Shown here: in pieces, positions 12,871 through 27,014 of the stretch
Layout of the letters: each line of letters opens with the position of its first letter
Numbering within the stretch: position 1 is the first letter of the stretch
The notes under the pieces: model-generated
What the model saw: the letters and a program-made list of their open reading frames with translations, nothing else
What the model was told of the DNA's origin: nothing
Database searches by the model: none
Position numbers and translations under genes: made by a program
Assembly: GCF_963921235.1 (NCBI RefSeq)
Contig: NC_086097.1
Span: forward strand, 255,876,001 to 255,940,000
Length of the DNA stretch: 64,000 nucleotides
Source of the DNA: Mobula hypostoma
Lineage: Eukaryota
Reading direction: 5' to 3'

Positions 12871-14243
12871 ATTCAAAGATTCAAAGATTCAAAAAACTTT
12901 ATTGTCATTCTAACCGTACATCAGCTCTGCAGGGCAGAATGAGACAGCGCTTCCCAGGAGCAGTGCAATCATAACATAACAAACGCAACACTAAATAATA
13001 AATATAACAATAAGTAATAAAACACAACAGCCACATGTCAGTTAAAATCAAGTTATAAGTGTCCAGTGCAAGTTAAAAGTGTCCAAAGCAGAGTCAGGTA
13101 GGGCAGCTATTTAGCAGTCTGACTGCCTGTGGGAGGAAGCTGTTTAGTAGCCTTGTGGTTTTAGTTTTGATGCTCCTGTAACATTTGCCTGATGGCAGAA
13201 GAACAAACAGTTCATGGAGAGGGTGTGAGGGGTCTTTAATGATGTACCATGTCTTCTGGAGGCGTCAAATCTGAAAGAGGTCTTGCACAGAAGGTAGGGA
13301 GACCCCAATAACCTTCTCTGCTCCCCTAACCACCCTCTGGAAGGCTTTTTGGTCGACAACACTGCAGCTGGAGTACCAGGTTGTGATGCAAAAGGTCAGC
13401 ACACTCTCAACCACACCTCTGTAGAATGTAGTTAAGATGTTAGTGGGGAGTGATGCTTGTTTAAGCTTCCTCAGAAAATGCAATCTCTGCTGGGCCCGTT
13501 TCACAATCCCAGTGGTGTTCCTGGACCAGGTGAGATTGTCCGAGATCTGCACCCCAAGGAACTTGATGTTTTCCACTCTCTCCACTGTGGAGCCGCTGAT
13601 GCTGAGGGGTGTGTGCTCAGGCTGAGACCGTCTGAAACCGACAATCATCTCTTTGGTTTTGGTGACATTAAGCATCAAGTTGTTATCCCTGCACCAGCTC
13701 TCTAGCTGTTTGACCTCCTCCCTGTACATTGTTTCATCATTTTTGCTGATGAGCCCCACCACTGTGGTATCATCTGCAAATTTAATGATCAGGTTCTCCT
13801 TGAATCTGGCGGCACAGTCATGTGTTAGCAGTGTAAACAGCAATGGGCTAAGCACACAGCCTTGTGGGGATCCAGTGCTCAGTGTGATGGAGTCAGAGAT
13901 GTTCCTGCCAACACGGACTGACTGTGGTCTCTCTGTCAAGAAATCCAGAATCCAGCGACACATGGCAGTGTTAAGGCCAAGCAGCGACAGTTTCTCCACT
14001 AGTCTCTGCAGGATGATGGTATTGAACGCTGAAATGAAATCAATGTATAGGATTCTGACATAAGTGTCTTTGTTGTCCAAGTGAGAGAGAACTGTGTGCA
14101 GTGTGGTGGATATTGCGTCCTCCGTAGAGTGATATGGACGATAAGCAAACTGTAGAGGATCCAGTGATGAGGGGAGGCTGGCTGTGATATGAGGCTTGAC
14201 AAGCCGTTCAAAACATTTCATCACCATGGGGGTCAGGGCAACG
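12871..14243 (-). mobile_element. Rex1/Babar-type LINE: RT, 3' UTR and (TTTGAATC)n tail
   Basis: [50 protein letters not shown] and [10 protein letters not shown] in ORF 13265-14368. Confidence 0.9.
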
Positions 14244-14670
14244 GAACTAACCTTAACCCTTTCAAACACTCCTTGCATTATAACCCTTTCTTTCCTGGAA
14301 TCACTCTTGCCAACCTCCTCTGAACCCTCTCCAATGCCACCACACCTTTTCTTTGATGATAAGTTCAAAACTGCTCACAATACTCAAGGTGAGGCATCAT
14401 CAGTGCCTTATAAAGCCTCAGCATCACATCCCTGCCCTTGTATTCCAGACCTCTAGAAATGAATGCCAACATTCCAGTTCCCTTCCTCACCACCGACTCT
14501 ACCGGCAAATTAATCTTTCGGGTGTTCTGCACAAGGACTCCCAAGTCCCTTTGCATCTCAGATTATTGGATTTTTGCCCCATTTAGAAAATAGTCTGGAT
14601 ATTTATTTCTACTACTAAAGTACATGACCATACATTTTCCAACATTGCATTTCATTTGCCACTTTCTTGC

Positions 14671-15412
14671 CCATTAATGGTAAGACACTTGGTAGTGTGG
14701 AGGATCAGAGGGATCTCGGGGTCCGAGTCCATAGGATACTCAAAGCTGCTGCACAGGTTGACTCTCTGGTTAAGAAAGTATATGGTGTATTGGCCTTCAT
14801 CAATCATGGGACTGAGTTTAGGAGCCGGGAGGTAATGTTGCAGCTATATAGGACCCTGGTCAGACCCCACTTGGACTACTGTGCTCAGTTCTGGTCACCT
14901 CACTACAGGAAGGACGTGGAAACCACAGAAAGGGTGCAGAGGAGATATTCAAGGATGTTGCCTGGATTGGGGAGCATGGGGAGCTGGACTGGGAATAGGT
15001 TGAGTGAACTCAGCCTTTTTTCCTTGGAGTGACGGAGGATGAGAGGTGACCTGATTGAAGTGTGTAAGATGATGAGAGGCATTGATTGTGTGGATAGTCA
15101 GAAGCCTTTTCCCCAAGGCTGAAATTGCTAGCACGAGAGGGCAAAGTAAGTACAGAGTAAGCAGTAGGAAGTAGGTACAGAGGAGATGTCAGGGGTAAGT
15201 TTTTTAGGCAGAGAGAGGTGAGTGTGTGGAACGGGCTGCCGGCAACGGTACTGGAGGCAGATACGATAGGGTCTTTTAAGAAACTCCTGGACAGGAGCTC
15301 AGAAAAATAGAGGACTATGGGTAACCCTAGGTAATTTCTAAGGTAAGGACATGTTCGGCACAGCTTTGTGGGCCGAAGTTGCTGTATTGTGCTGTAGGTT
15401 TTCTATGTTTCT
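14671..15412 (+). mobile_element. CR1 3' fragment inserted in the opposite-strand CR1
   Basis: INGKTLGSVEDQRDLGV...RPHLDYCAQFW; (TTTCTATG) tail at about 15400. Confidence 0.85.
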
Positions 15413-16487
15413 ATTCTCCTAATCTGTCTAAGTCCTTCTGCAGCCTACCTGTTTCCTCAACACTACCTGCCCTTCCACCAATCTTCGTGTCATTTGTAAA
15501 CTTGGCAACAAAGCCATCTATTCCATCATCTAAATCATTGATATGCAGCATAAAAAGAAGCGGTTCCAACACCGGCCCCTGCAGAACACCACTTGACACT
15601 GGCAGTCAAACAGAAAAGGATCTTATTATTCCCACTCACTGCCTCCTACCAATCAGCCAATGCTCTAACCATATTAGTATCTTTCCTGTAATACCATGGG
15701 CTCTTAACTTGATAAGCAGACTCATGCGTGGCACCTTGTCAAAGGCCTTCTGAAAGTCCAAATATGCAATATCAACTGCATCCCTTTATCTCTTCTAGTG
15801 TAATCTCCTCAAAGAATTCCAACAGGTTCGTCAGGCAAGATTTTCCCTGAAGGAAACTATGCTGACTTTGTCCTATCTTGTCCTGTGTCACCAAGAACAC
15901 CATAACCTCATCCTTAACAATTAACTCCAACATCTTCCCAACCACCGAGGTCAGACTAACTGGTCTACAATTTCCTTTCTGCTGCCTTCCTCCTTTCTTA
16001 AAGAGTGGAGTTTTCCATGCCAGAGTCCAATGATTTTTGAAAGATCTCCACAATCTCTAGAGGTACCTCTTTCAGAACCCTAGCGCAGAGTTCATCTAGT
16101 CCGGGAGACTTACGTACCCTTCAGTCTTTCAGCTTTTTGAGCACCTTCTCCCTTGTAATAGCAAATGCATTCACTTCTCTACCCTCACACCCTTCAACAT
16201 CTGGCACACTGCTAGTGTCTTCCACAATGAAGGCTGATGCAAAATACTCATTTAGTTCATCTGCCATCTCCTTGGCTCCTGTTATTATTTCTCTGGCCTC
16301 ATTTTCTAGCGGTCCTATATCTACTCTCATCTCTCTTTTATTTAAATCTTGCCTGACAAATTTGTTGAAATTTTTTGGAGAAATAACAATCAGGATAGAC
16401 AAAGGAGAATTGGTGGACATTGTGTACTTCGATTTTTGAAAAGGCCTTTGACAAGGTGCCACCCATGAACCTGCTTAACAAGTTAAA

Positions 16488-16719
16488 GGAGGGAAGGGAG
16501 GGAATGTCGACTCAGACCATGAGAGGCCTGCATCCGTCATTTTCATACCTTACAAGGCGCAGATTGGAAGTCTGTGTGGGGCGCCACTCCTCGCACAAAC
16601 TAGAGCAATGTGTGGTTAAGTGCGTTGCTCAAGGACACAAACACGCTGCCACAGCTGAGGTTCGAACTAGCGACCTTCAGATAACTAGACAAACGCCTTA
16701 ACCACTTGGCCATGTGCCC
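16488..16719 (-). mobile_element. tRNA-derived SINE with CORE-like central domain
   Basis: On minus: A box TGGCCAAGTGG, B box GTTCGAACC, then GTGTCCTTGAGCAACGCACTTAACC (MIR/CORE-like). 11-bp TSD AACAAGTTAAA at 16477-16487 / 16720-16730, inside a CR1 fragment. Confidence 0.8.
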
Positions 16720-17065
16720 AACAAGTTAAAAGCCCATGGTATTACAAGGAAGAGGATATCCAGCATGGATAAAGGTTTGGTAGATTGGCAAAAGCCATAG
16801 AGTGGGAAAAAAGGTGGACTTTTCTGGTTGGCTGCCGGTAACTAGTGATGTTCCATAGAGGTCTGTGTTCTTGTTACATTATAGGTCAATGATTTGGATG
16901 GCAGAATTAATAGCTTTGTGGCCATGTTTGCAGAGAAGCTCACAAGGATAATTCCAGGAATGAAGGGGTTAACATATGAGGAGTGTTTGGCAGATTTGGG
17001 CCTGCACTCACTGGAACTGAGAAGAATGCAGGGGGATCTCATTGAAAACTACCATATGTTGAAAC

Positions 17066-18900
17066 CTACCGAATCGTGAACCTCTCTGGACTCTCTCCAA
17101 TGACAACACATCCTTTCTGAGATATGGGGCCCAAATCTGTTGAGAGTACTCTCAGTGCAGCCTGACTAGTGTCTTATAAAGCTCAGTACTATCTCCTTGC
17201 TTTTATGTTCTATTCCCCGTGATATAAATGCCAACATTGCAGTTGCCTTCTTTACCACAGACTCAACCTGAAAATTAACCTTCTGGGAGTCTTGCACGAG
17301 GACTCCTAAGTCCCTCTGCACCTCTGATGTTTGAACCTTCTCCCCATTTAGATAATAGTCCGTACCATTGTTCCTTATACCAAAATGCTTTTCCCAAGAC
17401 TATATTCCATCTGCCACTTTTTTGCTTGTTCTCCCAATTTGCCTGTCCATTGCAAACGCATTGCTTCCTCAGCATTACCTACACTCCACCTATCATTGTA
17501 TCATCAGCAAACTTTGCCACAAAGCCATCAATTCCATAATCCAAATCACTGGCAAACAATATCAAAAGTAGCGTTCACCAATACTGATCGCTGAGGAACA
17601 CCACTAGCAGCAAACCAGAAAAGGCCCCTTTTATTTCCACTTGCTGCCTCCTGTCAGTCAACCATTCCTCTAGCCATGACAGTATCTTTTCTGTAACCCC
17701 ACAGGATTATGCCTTGTAAAGCACCTTATCAAATGCCTTCTGAAAATCCAAGTAAATGACATCCACTGCCCCTCTTTGTCCACCCTGCATGTTACTTCCT
17801 TGAAGAACTCTAACAGATTTATCACCCAAGATTCTCCTTTATAGAAACAATGCTGACTTTGACTTATTTTATCAGTAGTCTCCAAGTACCGTGAAACTTC
17901 ATCCTTCATAATAGATTCCAACACTTTCCCAACCACTGAGGTTAGGCTAACTGGCCTATACTTTCTTTTCTTTTGCCTTTCTCCCTTCTTAAAGAGTGAT
18001 GTAACGTTTGCAAACTTCCAGTCCTCTGGGACCATGCCAGAATCAAGTAATTCTTCAAAGATCATGACTAATGCATCTGCTTTCTCTTCAGCAACCTCTC
18101 TCAGGACTCTGAGATGTGGTCCATCTGGTCCATGTGACTTATCCACATTAAGACCTTTCAGTTTGCATGGCACTTTTTCCTTTGTAACAGCAATGGCACT
18201 CACTCCTGCTCCCTGACACTCACAGACCTCTAGCACACTGCTAGTGTCTTCCACAGTGAAGGCTGATGCAAAGTATCCATTAAATTCATCTCTGACCCCC
18301 GTTACTGCCTCACTAGCATTATTTTCCAGTGGTCCAATATCAACTCTCAACTACTTTTTACTCTTTTTATAACTGAAAACCTTTTGGTACCCTGCTTTAT
18401 ATTATTAGCTAATTTGCCCTCATATTTCATCATTTCCCACTTTTGCCTTTTTACTAGCCTTTTGCTGGATCTTAAAAGCTTCCCAATCATCCAACTTCCC
18501 ACTCACTTTTACTAGCTTCTTGCTCTTTTCTTGGCTTTTACGCTGTCAGCCACGCATTACCTGCCCATTGCATACCCCTGCTACTTGAGAACATCTTCTG
18601 TGGGTACTCTGCACTGGCTCTGTAATCCTTTTCTCCTTCCTGACTGTCACTCAGTCTCCTGGGTCCTACTCCTTGTGTGTAACTACCTCTCTATATGTTC
18701 TATCTATCACCCCCTCAGCCTCCCAAATAATCCAGCGTTCATCCAGTACTAGTGACAACTTAACGTGGTTTTTTAGAAACTGCAGCTGGATGCTCTTTTG
18801 CAGTCGTCAGGGACACTGGAGGTCTTCTTGCTTTCCCACCTTCCGCAAGAGGAGCTTTCCATAGTCCTGCCTGGGATCTCTACTATCCTAACTGAGCTAA
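17066..18900 (-). mobile_element. Degenerate CR1 (ORF1 remnant plus ORF2)
   Basis: ORF 17670-18350 contains DKSHGPDG, PEDWKFANVT and YRPVSLTSVVGK. Confidence 0.85.
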
Positions 18901-18920
18901 TATAAAGAAGGACGAGATAA

Positions 18921-19022
18921 TCCTGATGAAGGATCTCGGCCTGCAATGTCGACTGTTCACTCTTTTTCAAAGATGCTGCCTGGCCTGCTGAGTTCCTCCA
19001 CGATTTTTTGTCTGTTGCTCAG
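18921..19022 (+). mobile_element. Penelope-terminal-repeat mini-element, decayed hammerhead
   Basis: 'tcctgatgaaggatctcggcctgcaatgtcgactg...gatgctgcctggcctgctgagttcctcca'. Confidence 0.75.
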
Positions 19023-19264
19023 ATATAAAGAAAGGCTGAGGAAGGCAAATGCAATGTAAGCATTCATTTCAAGAGAACAAGAATATGGGAACCGGAGTGA
19101 AGGGACTCAGGATAGGACAGATGGTAAAAAAGTCAGACTGTCAGGAAGGGCAGGCAGGTGATGGCCAACAGGCTGAGTATCAGATGCAGAATCAGAAAGG
19201 ATAGCAAATACTGCACTCAAGGTGTTGTATCTAAATATGCATAGTATAAAAAATAAGGTGGACA

Positions 19265-21630
19265 TACCCTCTGTACTGACTTCTAAGCACCTTAAAACTA
19301 TGCCCACTTATGTTAGGCATTTCAGACCGGGGAAAAGCCTCTGGCTATCCACACGATGAGAGACATAGAGCCTCTCATCATCTTATATATCGCTAACAGT
19401 TCACCTCTCATCCTACGTTGCTCCAAGGAGAAATGGCCAAGTTCACTCAACCTATTCTCTTAAGGCACACTCTCCAATCCAGGCAATATCCTTGTAAATC
19501 TCCTCTGTACCCTTTCTATGGTTTGCACATCCTTCCTGCAGTGAGGTGACCAGAACTGAACACAGTACTTCAAGTGAAGTCAGACCAAGGTCTTATATAC
19601 ATAGCTGTAACATTACCTCATGGCTCTTGACACTGAACTGAGTGGAAAAGCAAATTGTGCAGTGGATGTGGAGAGTCTGCAGAAGGATATAGATAGGTTA
19701 AGTGAGTGGGCTGAGGTCTGGCAGATGGAATACAATGTTGGTAAATGCGACATCATCCACTTTGGAAGGAATAATAGAAGAGTAGATTATTATTTAAATG
19801 GGATAAGATTGCAGCATGCTGATGTGCAGAGGGACTTGGGAGTGCTTGTGGATGAATTGCAAAAAGTTGGCATGCAGGTACAACAGGTTATTAAGAAGAC
19901 AAACGGAATGTTGGCCTTCATTGCTAGAGGGATTGAATTCAAGAGCAGGGAGGTCATGCTGCAACTATACAGGGTACTGGTGAGGCCACACCTGGAGTAC
20001 TGTGTGCAGTTCTGGTCTCCATACTTGAGGAAGGATATACTGGCTTTGGAGGCAGTGCAGAGGAGGTTCACCAGGTTGATTCCAGAGATGAAGGGGTTAA
20101 CCTATGAGGAGAGATTGAGTCGCCTGGGACTATACTCTCTGGAGTTCAGAAGAATGAGAGGGGATCTTATAGAAACATACAAAATTTTGAAAGGGATAGA
20201 TAAGATAGAAATAGGAAAGTTGTTTCCATTGGTAGGTGAGACCAGAACTAGGGGACTTTCCCTCAAGATTCAGGGGAGAAGATTTAGGACGGAGATGAGG
20301 AGAAACTGTTTTACCCAGAGAGTGGTGAATCTGTGGAATTCTCTGCCCAGGGAAGCAGTTGAGGGTGCTTCACTAAATATATTTAAGAAACAGTTAGATA
20401 GATTTTTACATAGTAAGGAATTAAGGGTTATGGAGAAAAGGTAAGTAGATGGAGCTACGTTTATGGACAGATCAGCCACGATCTTATTGAATGGCGGGGC
20501 AGGCTCAATGGGCCGGATGGCCTACTCCTGTTCCTATTTCTCATGTTCTTATTATGTTCTTATGTTGAACACAATCCCACAGTTAACGAATACCAACACA
20601 CCATATGCCTTCTTAAACACTGTCAACCTGCGCAGCAGCTTTGAGTGTCCAATGGACATGGACTCCAGGATCTCTCTGATCCTCCACACTGCCAAGAGTC
20701 TCACCATTAATACTATTTTCTGTCTTCAAAATTGTCCTCCCAAAATTAACCACACCTATCTGGATTGCAGTTTATCTGCCACTTCTCAGCCTAGCTCTGC
20801 ATCCTATCGATGTCCCACTGTAACCTCTGCAACCATCCAAACTATCCACAACCCCCCAACCTTTGTGTCATCAGCAAACTTACTGACCCACCCTTCTACT
20901 TCCTCATCCAGGTCATTTATAAAAATCACAAAACCAATCCCTGCGGAACACCACTGATCACCCACCTCCATGCAGAATATGAACCATCTACAACCACCTT
21001 CTGCCTTCAGTGGACAAGCCAATTCTGGATCCACATAGCAAGGTCTCCTTGGATCCCATGCCTCCTTACTTTCTGAATGAACCTTGCATGGGGAACCTTA
21101 CTGAAATCCATATACACTACATCCACTGCTCTACCTTCATCGATGTGTTTTGTCATATCCTCAAAGAATTCAGTCAGGCTTGTAAGGCATGACATGCCCT
21201 TGACAAAGCCATGCTGACTATCCCAAATTAGGTTGTCTCTCAAAATACTCATAAATCCAGCCTCTCGGGATCTTCTCCAACAACTTGCCCAGCACTGAAG
21301 TAAGACTCACTGGTTTATAATTTCCTGGGTAATCGCTACTCCCTCTCTTGAACAAGGGAACAACATTTGCAACTCTCCAGTCCTCTGGTTCTTCTCCTGT
21401 CCCTATTGATGATGCAAAAATTATCGATGGAGGCTCAGCATTCTCCTTCCTTGCTTCCCACAATGGCCTGTGGCATATCTTGTGTGGTCCTGGCGACTTA
21501 CCTAACAATGCTTTTCAAAAGCTCCAGCACATCCTCCTTCTTAATGTCTAAATGCTCAAGCATTTCAGTCTGCTGTAGGTCATCCCCACAATGTCAAAGA
21601 TCCTTTTCTTTGGTGAATACTGAAGCAAAG
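19265..21630 (-). mobile_element. CR1 RT fragment interrupted by a plus-strand CR1
   Basis: Minus-strand ORFs DWRVANVVPLFK, SQHGFVKG and [10 protein letters not shown]. Confidence 0.8.
19631..20565 (+). mobile_element. CR1 3' fragment with (TTCTTATG) tail
   Basis: Open 274-aa RT C-terminal ORF 19620-20444; same subfamily as 61504-62697. Confidence 0.9.
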
Positions 21631-21659
21631 AAACTTCAGCCATATCTGCTCTGCTGTGA

Positions 21660-23160
21660 TGCTTGAAAGATCATGACATATGCATCCGTTATCTCTTCAA
21701 CAACCTCCTTCAGGACTCTGGGATGTAGTCCATCTGGTCCAGGTGACTTATCCACCTACAGACCTTTGAGTTTGCCTGGCACTTTTTCCTTTGTAATAGC
21801 ACTGGCACTCACCCCTGCTCCCTGACACTCACGGACCTCTGACACACTGCTAGTGTCTTCCACAGTGAAGACAGATGCAAAGTAGCCATTAAGTTCATCT
21901 GCCATTTCTTTGGCCCTGATTACTACCTCACCAGCATCAATCTCCAGTGGGCCTTTTGTTGGATTTCAAAAGCTTCCAAATCATCCTACTTCCCACTCAC
22001 TTTTGTTGCCTTATATGCCCTTCCCTTGGCTTTTATGCAGTCCTTAACTTCCTTTGTCAGCCACAGTTGCCTACCCATGCCATTTGAGAACTTCATCTTC
22101 TGTAAGACGTATCTATCCTACACCTTGTGAACTATTCCCAGAAACCTTTGCCATCTCTACTTTGCTGTCATCCCTGCCAGTATCCTCCTCCGATCCACCT
22201 GGATAAGCTCTTCCCTCATTCCTCTGTGCCTTTATTCCATTATGATACTGATACATGTGAGTTATGCTTCTCCCTCTCAAATTCCAGTACAAATTCAATA
22301 ATATTATGATCACTGCCTCCTAAGGTTTCCTTTATGTTAAGATCCCTAATAGGATCTGGGTTATTACACAACACCCAATCAAAGATAGCCTTTCCCCAAG
22401 TAGACTCAAGCACAAGCTGCTCTAAAAAGGTATCAGGTAGGCATTCAACAAATTCCCTCTCTTGCGATCCAAGACAAACCAGATTTTCCCAATCCCTTTG
22501 CATATTGAAGTTCCCCATTACAATTGTGTCATGACCATTATTACATGTCTTTTCCAACCTCCTTTGCAATCTTAATCCTGCATCTTGGCTACTATTTGGA
22601 GGCCTATACATGACTCCCATAATGGGTTTTTTACTCTTGCAATTTCTTAACTTCACCCACAAAGGTTCAACATTCTCTGACCTGAAAGATGTAATTCCAT
22701 CTCTTACCAACAAGGCCACACCACCACCTATACCTTCCTACCTGTCCTTTTGATACAAAGTATATCCTTTGATGTTGAGCTCCCAACTATGGCCTTCTTT
22801 CAGTCACAGCTCAGTGATGCCCACAATGTCATACCCACCAATCTCTAATTGCGCCATGGGTGTGTCAACCTTATTCTGAATGCTGTGTGCATTTAAATAC
22901 AGTACTTTCAGTCCTGTATTCTTCGCCCTTTTGAATTTTCCCTCTGTGGAACAATCTAACTCTTTGTTCAGTCTGCACTTATACCCAATCATTGGCTTGT
23001 TCTCCTTTACATTCATGTTACACCCATCATCTGCTGGTTCATCCTCAGCTCTGTCATACTGGTTCCCACTCCCTTGCCATGTTAGTTTAAACCACTCCCA
23101 ATAGTTCCAGTAGGTCTGCCTGCAAGAATATTGGTCCCCCTCGGATTCAAGTGCAAACTG
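21660..23160 (-). mobile_element. CR1 endonuclease region
   Basis: YLNAHSIQNK, VMYRPPNS and GGSDHN motifs on the minus strand. Confidence 0.85.
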
Positions 23161-23164
23161 CCCC

Positions 23165-26030
23165 TTATGGGGGAGAAAGAAATGACAGATGAACTTAATG
23201 GGTTCTTTGCATCTGTCTTCACTGTGGAAGACACTAGAGGTGTTCCAGAGGTCCGTGAGTGTCAGGGAACAGGAATGAGTGCCATTTCTATTACAAAGGA
23301 AAAATTGCCAGGCAAATTCAAAGGTCTGTAGGTGGGTAAGTCACCCGGACCAGATGGACTACATCCCAGAGTCCTGAGAGAGGTTGCTGAAGAGATAACA
23401 GATGCAGTCATCATGATCTTTCAAGAATCACTTGATTCTGGCATTATCCAGGAGGACTGGAAGATTGCAAATGTCACTTCACTCTTTAAGAAGAGAGGAA
23501 AGCAAAACAAAATAAATTATAGGCCAGTTAGTCTAAACTCAGTAGTTGGGGAAAGTGATGGATTCTATAATAAGGATGAGGTTTCGAGGTACTTGGAGAC
23601 TAATGATAAAATAAGTCAAAGTCAGCATGGTTTCTATAAAGGAAATTCTTGCCTGACAAATCTGTCAGAGTTCTTCAAGGAAGTACCAAGCAGGGTGGAC
23701 AAAGGAGAAGCAGTGGATGTCATTTACTTGAATTTCCAGAAGGGTTTTAATAAGGTGCCTCACGTGAGGTTGCTTAACAAGATAAAATCCTATGACATTA
23801 CAGGAAAGATACTGGCACATATAGTGGAATGGCTGACAGGTAGGAGGCAGCAAGTGGGAATAAAAGGGGCCTTTCCTGGTTGGCTGCCAGTGACTAGTGG
23901 TGTTCCTCAAGGGTCAGTATTGGGACCACGAGTTTTCACGTTGTTTGACAGTAGTTTAGATAATGGAATTATGAACGAGAAAATTTGCAGATGCTGGAAA
24001 TCCAAGCAACACACACAAAATGTAGGAGAAACTCAGCAGGCCAGGCTGCATCTATAGAAAGAAGTACAGTTGACGATTCAGGCTGAGACCCTGCCAGAGT
24101 GCCTCAGCCCAAAATGCCAACTGTACTCTTTTCCATTGATGCTGCCTAGCCTGCTGAGTTCCTCCAGCATTTTGTGTGTGCTACTTAGATAACGGAATTG
24201 ATGAATTTGTGGCAACGTTTGTGGATGATATGAAGATAGGTGGAGGGGCAGGTAGTGAGGAAGCAATGTGATTGCAGCAGAACTTAGACAAATTGGAAGA
24301 ATGGGCAAAAAGTTGGCAGTGTTGAGAAATGTACGATAATACATTTTAGTGAATACAACAGTAGTACAGACTATTATCTAAATGGGGTTCAGAGGGACTG
24401 AGGAGTCCTCGTGCAAGACGCCCAGGAGGTTAATTTACAGGTTGAGTCTGTGGTAAAGCAGCAAATGTAATGTTGGCATTTATTTCAAGGAGAATAGAAT
24501 ATAAAAGCAAAGAGATAGTACTGAGCCTTTATTAGACACTAATCAGTCCGCACTTGGAGTATTGTCAACAGTTTTGGACCCCAGATCTCAGAAAAGTTGT
24601 GTTAGCATCGGAGAGGGTACAGAGGAGGTTCATAAGGATGATTCTTGGAATGAAGGGGTTAACATACGAGGAGCGTTTGGCAGCTTTGGGCTTGTACTCA
24701 CTGGAATTTAGAAGAATGCAAGGGGCTCTCGTTGAAACCTACTTAATGTTGAAAGGACTGGATAGGGTGGATGTGGAGAGGAAGTTTCTTATGGTGGGAT
24801 TATCCAGAACTGGAGGGCACAGCCTCAAAAATAAGGGGTGATCCTTAGGAACAGAGGTAAGGAGGATTTTTTTTAGATAGAAAGTATTAAATCTGTGAAA
24901 TGCTCTGCCATAGACTGCAGTGGAGGCCAAGTCTGTGTGTATAGTTAAGGCAGAAGTTGATTGTTTCCTGATCGGTCAGGTCATCAAAGGATATAGCGAG
25001 AAGGCAGGTGTGTGGGGTTGAGTTGGATCCAGGATCAGCCATGATGGAATGGCAGAGCAGACTCGATGGACTATTCAGTAATGGTCCTAATTCTACTCCT
25101 ATGTCTTATGGTCTTCTGGATGGAATTGATGGGGTTGTGGCCAAGTTTGCAGACAATACATAGATAGATGGAGGGGCAGGTAGTGTTGAGGAAGCCAAGA
25201 ATCTACAGAAGAACTTGGACAGATTAGCAGAATGGGCAAAGATTTGGAGATGGAATTGAGTGTTGGGAACTTTTGCAGAGGAAATAAAAGAATAGATTAT
25301 TTTCTATATGGAGAGAAAATTCAAAAATCAGAGGTACAAACAGACTTAAGAGTCATCGTTCAGGATTCCCTGAAGGTTAACGCAGTTGAGTCACTGGTAA
25401 GCAAGGCAAATACAATGTTGGCATTAATTTCAAAAAAACTAGAATATTAGAGCATAGATGTGATACTGAGGTCTTACAGACTGCACTTCGAGTATTATGA
25501 GCAGTTTTGGATCACGTGATCTAAGAAACGATTGGAGAGGGTCCAGAGGTGGTTTACAAGAATGATTCCAGGAATGAAAGGGTAAACTTATGGGGTGCAT
25601 TTGATAGCTCTGGGCTGTACTTACTGGAGTTTAGAAGAATGAAGGGGGATCTGTTTGAAATCTATTGAATGGTAAAAGGTCTTGATAGAGTGACTGGTCG
25701 TTTCCATGGATGCTACCCGACCTGCTGAGTTCCTCCAGCGTGTTGTGAGTGTTTCTAGGACCAGAGGGCACAACCTTAGAATAGAGGGATATCCATTGGA
25801 GCAGAGAGGAGGAGGAATTTCTTAAGGTGGAATGTGATGAATCTGTGGAATTCATTGCCATAGATGGTTGTGGATGCTAAGCTATTGGTTATATTTAAGG
25901 TGGAGGTTGATAGGTTCTTGATTAGTCAGGGCGCAAATATTACAGGGCTGAAGGCACGATAATCAGTTAAGAGGGATAATAAATCAGCCATGATGGAATG
26001 GTGAAACAGACTCAAATGTCCTATAGTCCT
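23165..26030 (+). mobile_element. Two tandem CR1 RT/3' fragments (23165-25115 and 25116-26030)
   Basis: [23 protein letters not shown] and EYCQQFW motifs; CR1 3' UTRs at about 25030 and 25985. Confidence 0.85.
23971..24184. mobile_element. Penelope-terminal-repeat mini-element, inverted pair, 15-bp TSD
   Basis: TSD TTAGATAAYGGAATT at 23956-23970 / 24185-24199. Confidence 0.85.
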
Positions 26031-26454
26031 CTGGACTCGACTCTATGTGTAATACTTTATGAAACTCTATGAGTAGGGGATTTCAATCTCAGCAATATCA
26101 AATGGATCATTTTTGCCTGAAATGTGTCAAGTGGATGAAATTCTTTTGAACCATGCAAGAGAGAGTTTTCAGCCAGTTTGCTGAAAGTCCTAGCAGAGAA
26201 AAGGCAATACCAGGCTGCATCTCAGCTGAAGTATCCTGGTAATTGATTAAAGTGTCAATGACAGGGCATTTTGGGGATAGATGCCAGAACTCTGCCACTT
26301 CATGGTTTTGGTGAGGGATAAGAATGGTCTTGAAACTACCCGACAGGGGACAGTAAAAGCTGCTGATAGGATCACCGGGGTCTCAAATCGATGTGTGTGA
26401 CATTTACTGGGAGCATTGCATATGAAGGGCCTGAAGCACTGTGAAGGATTCCTA

Positions 26455-26640
26455 CCACTATCACCCACCTGGCTTCACCTATCACCATCTCGCAAAACTT
26501 TCCCCTCCTCCCACCTTTTTATTCTGTCCTCTTTTCCCTTCCTTTCCCATCCTGAAGAAGGGTCTCTCCAAAACGTTGATTATTTATTCATTTCCACAGA
26601 TACTGACTGACCTACTGAGTTTCTCCAGCGTTTAGCATGT
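26455..26640 (+). mobile_element. Penelope 3' region with decayed hammerhead
   Basis: Pyrimidine-rich UTR followed by 'cctgaagaagggtctctccaaaacgttga'. Confidence 0.6.
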
Positions 26641-27014
26641 GACATAGTATCTTTCACCCTTTACTGTCAGGAGGGAGGTACAGAAGCATCAGGACAAGGA
26701 CTGCCAGTCTGGGTAACAGCATCTTCCCCAGGATGTGACGGCAAGGACGGCAAGCTGTTTACTGTTTACTTGTGCTGTGCAACACATGCAATTTGAAATT
26801 AAACTTTACTAACTTATTTATGGAATTGAATTGAATTGACTTTATTACTGACATCCTTTACATATATGAGGAGTAAAAATCTTTATGTTATGTCTCCAAC
26901 TAAATGTGCAATGTGCAATTTATAGCAATTTGTAATAAATAGTATGTATAACAGGACAATCAATATAACATAGAAATACAATTCTATCAGCGTGAATTAA
27001 TTTGTCTGTGAATT

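Larger units (their letters stand above)
12428..16345 (-). mobile_element. Fragmented CR1 (12428-12870, 14250-14670, 15413-16345), split by Rex1 and CR1 insertions
   Basis: Minus-strand ORFs QRDLGVLVQ, SGVLQGPVLEPLLF and RPVSLTSVVGK; CR1 3' tail at about 12428. Confidence 0.8.

Noticed and set aside
16640..16719. tRNA gene
   Set aside because: The A/B boxes belong to a TSD-flanked SINE; no complete cloverleaf or terminator is evident.
21660..23420. Twin-primed 5' inversion of one CR1
   Set aside because: The minus and plus parts overlap in about 260 bp of diverged homologous sequence, so they are two separate copies.
26070..26330. Apparently unique ORFs 26107-26468 as host exons
   Set aside because: The plus strand reads GDFNLSNIKW...FSQFAESPSREKAI...GHFGD, an ancient CR1 endonuclease remnant.
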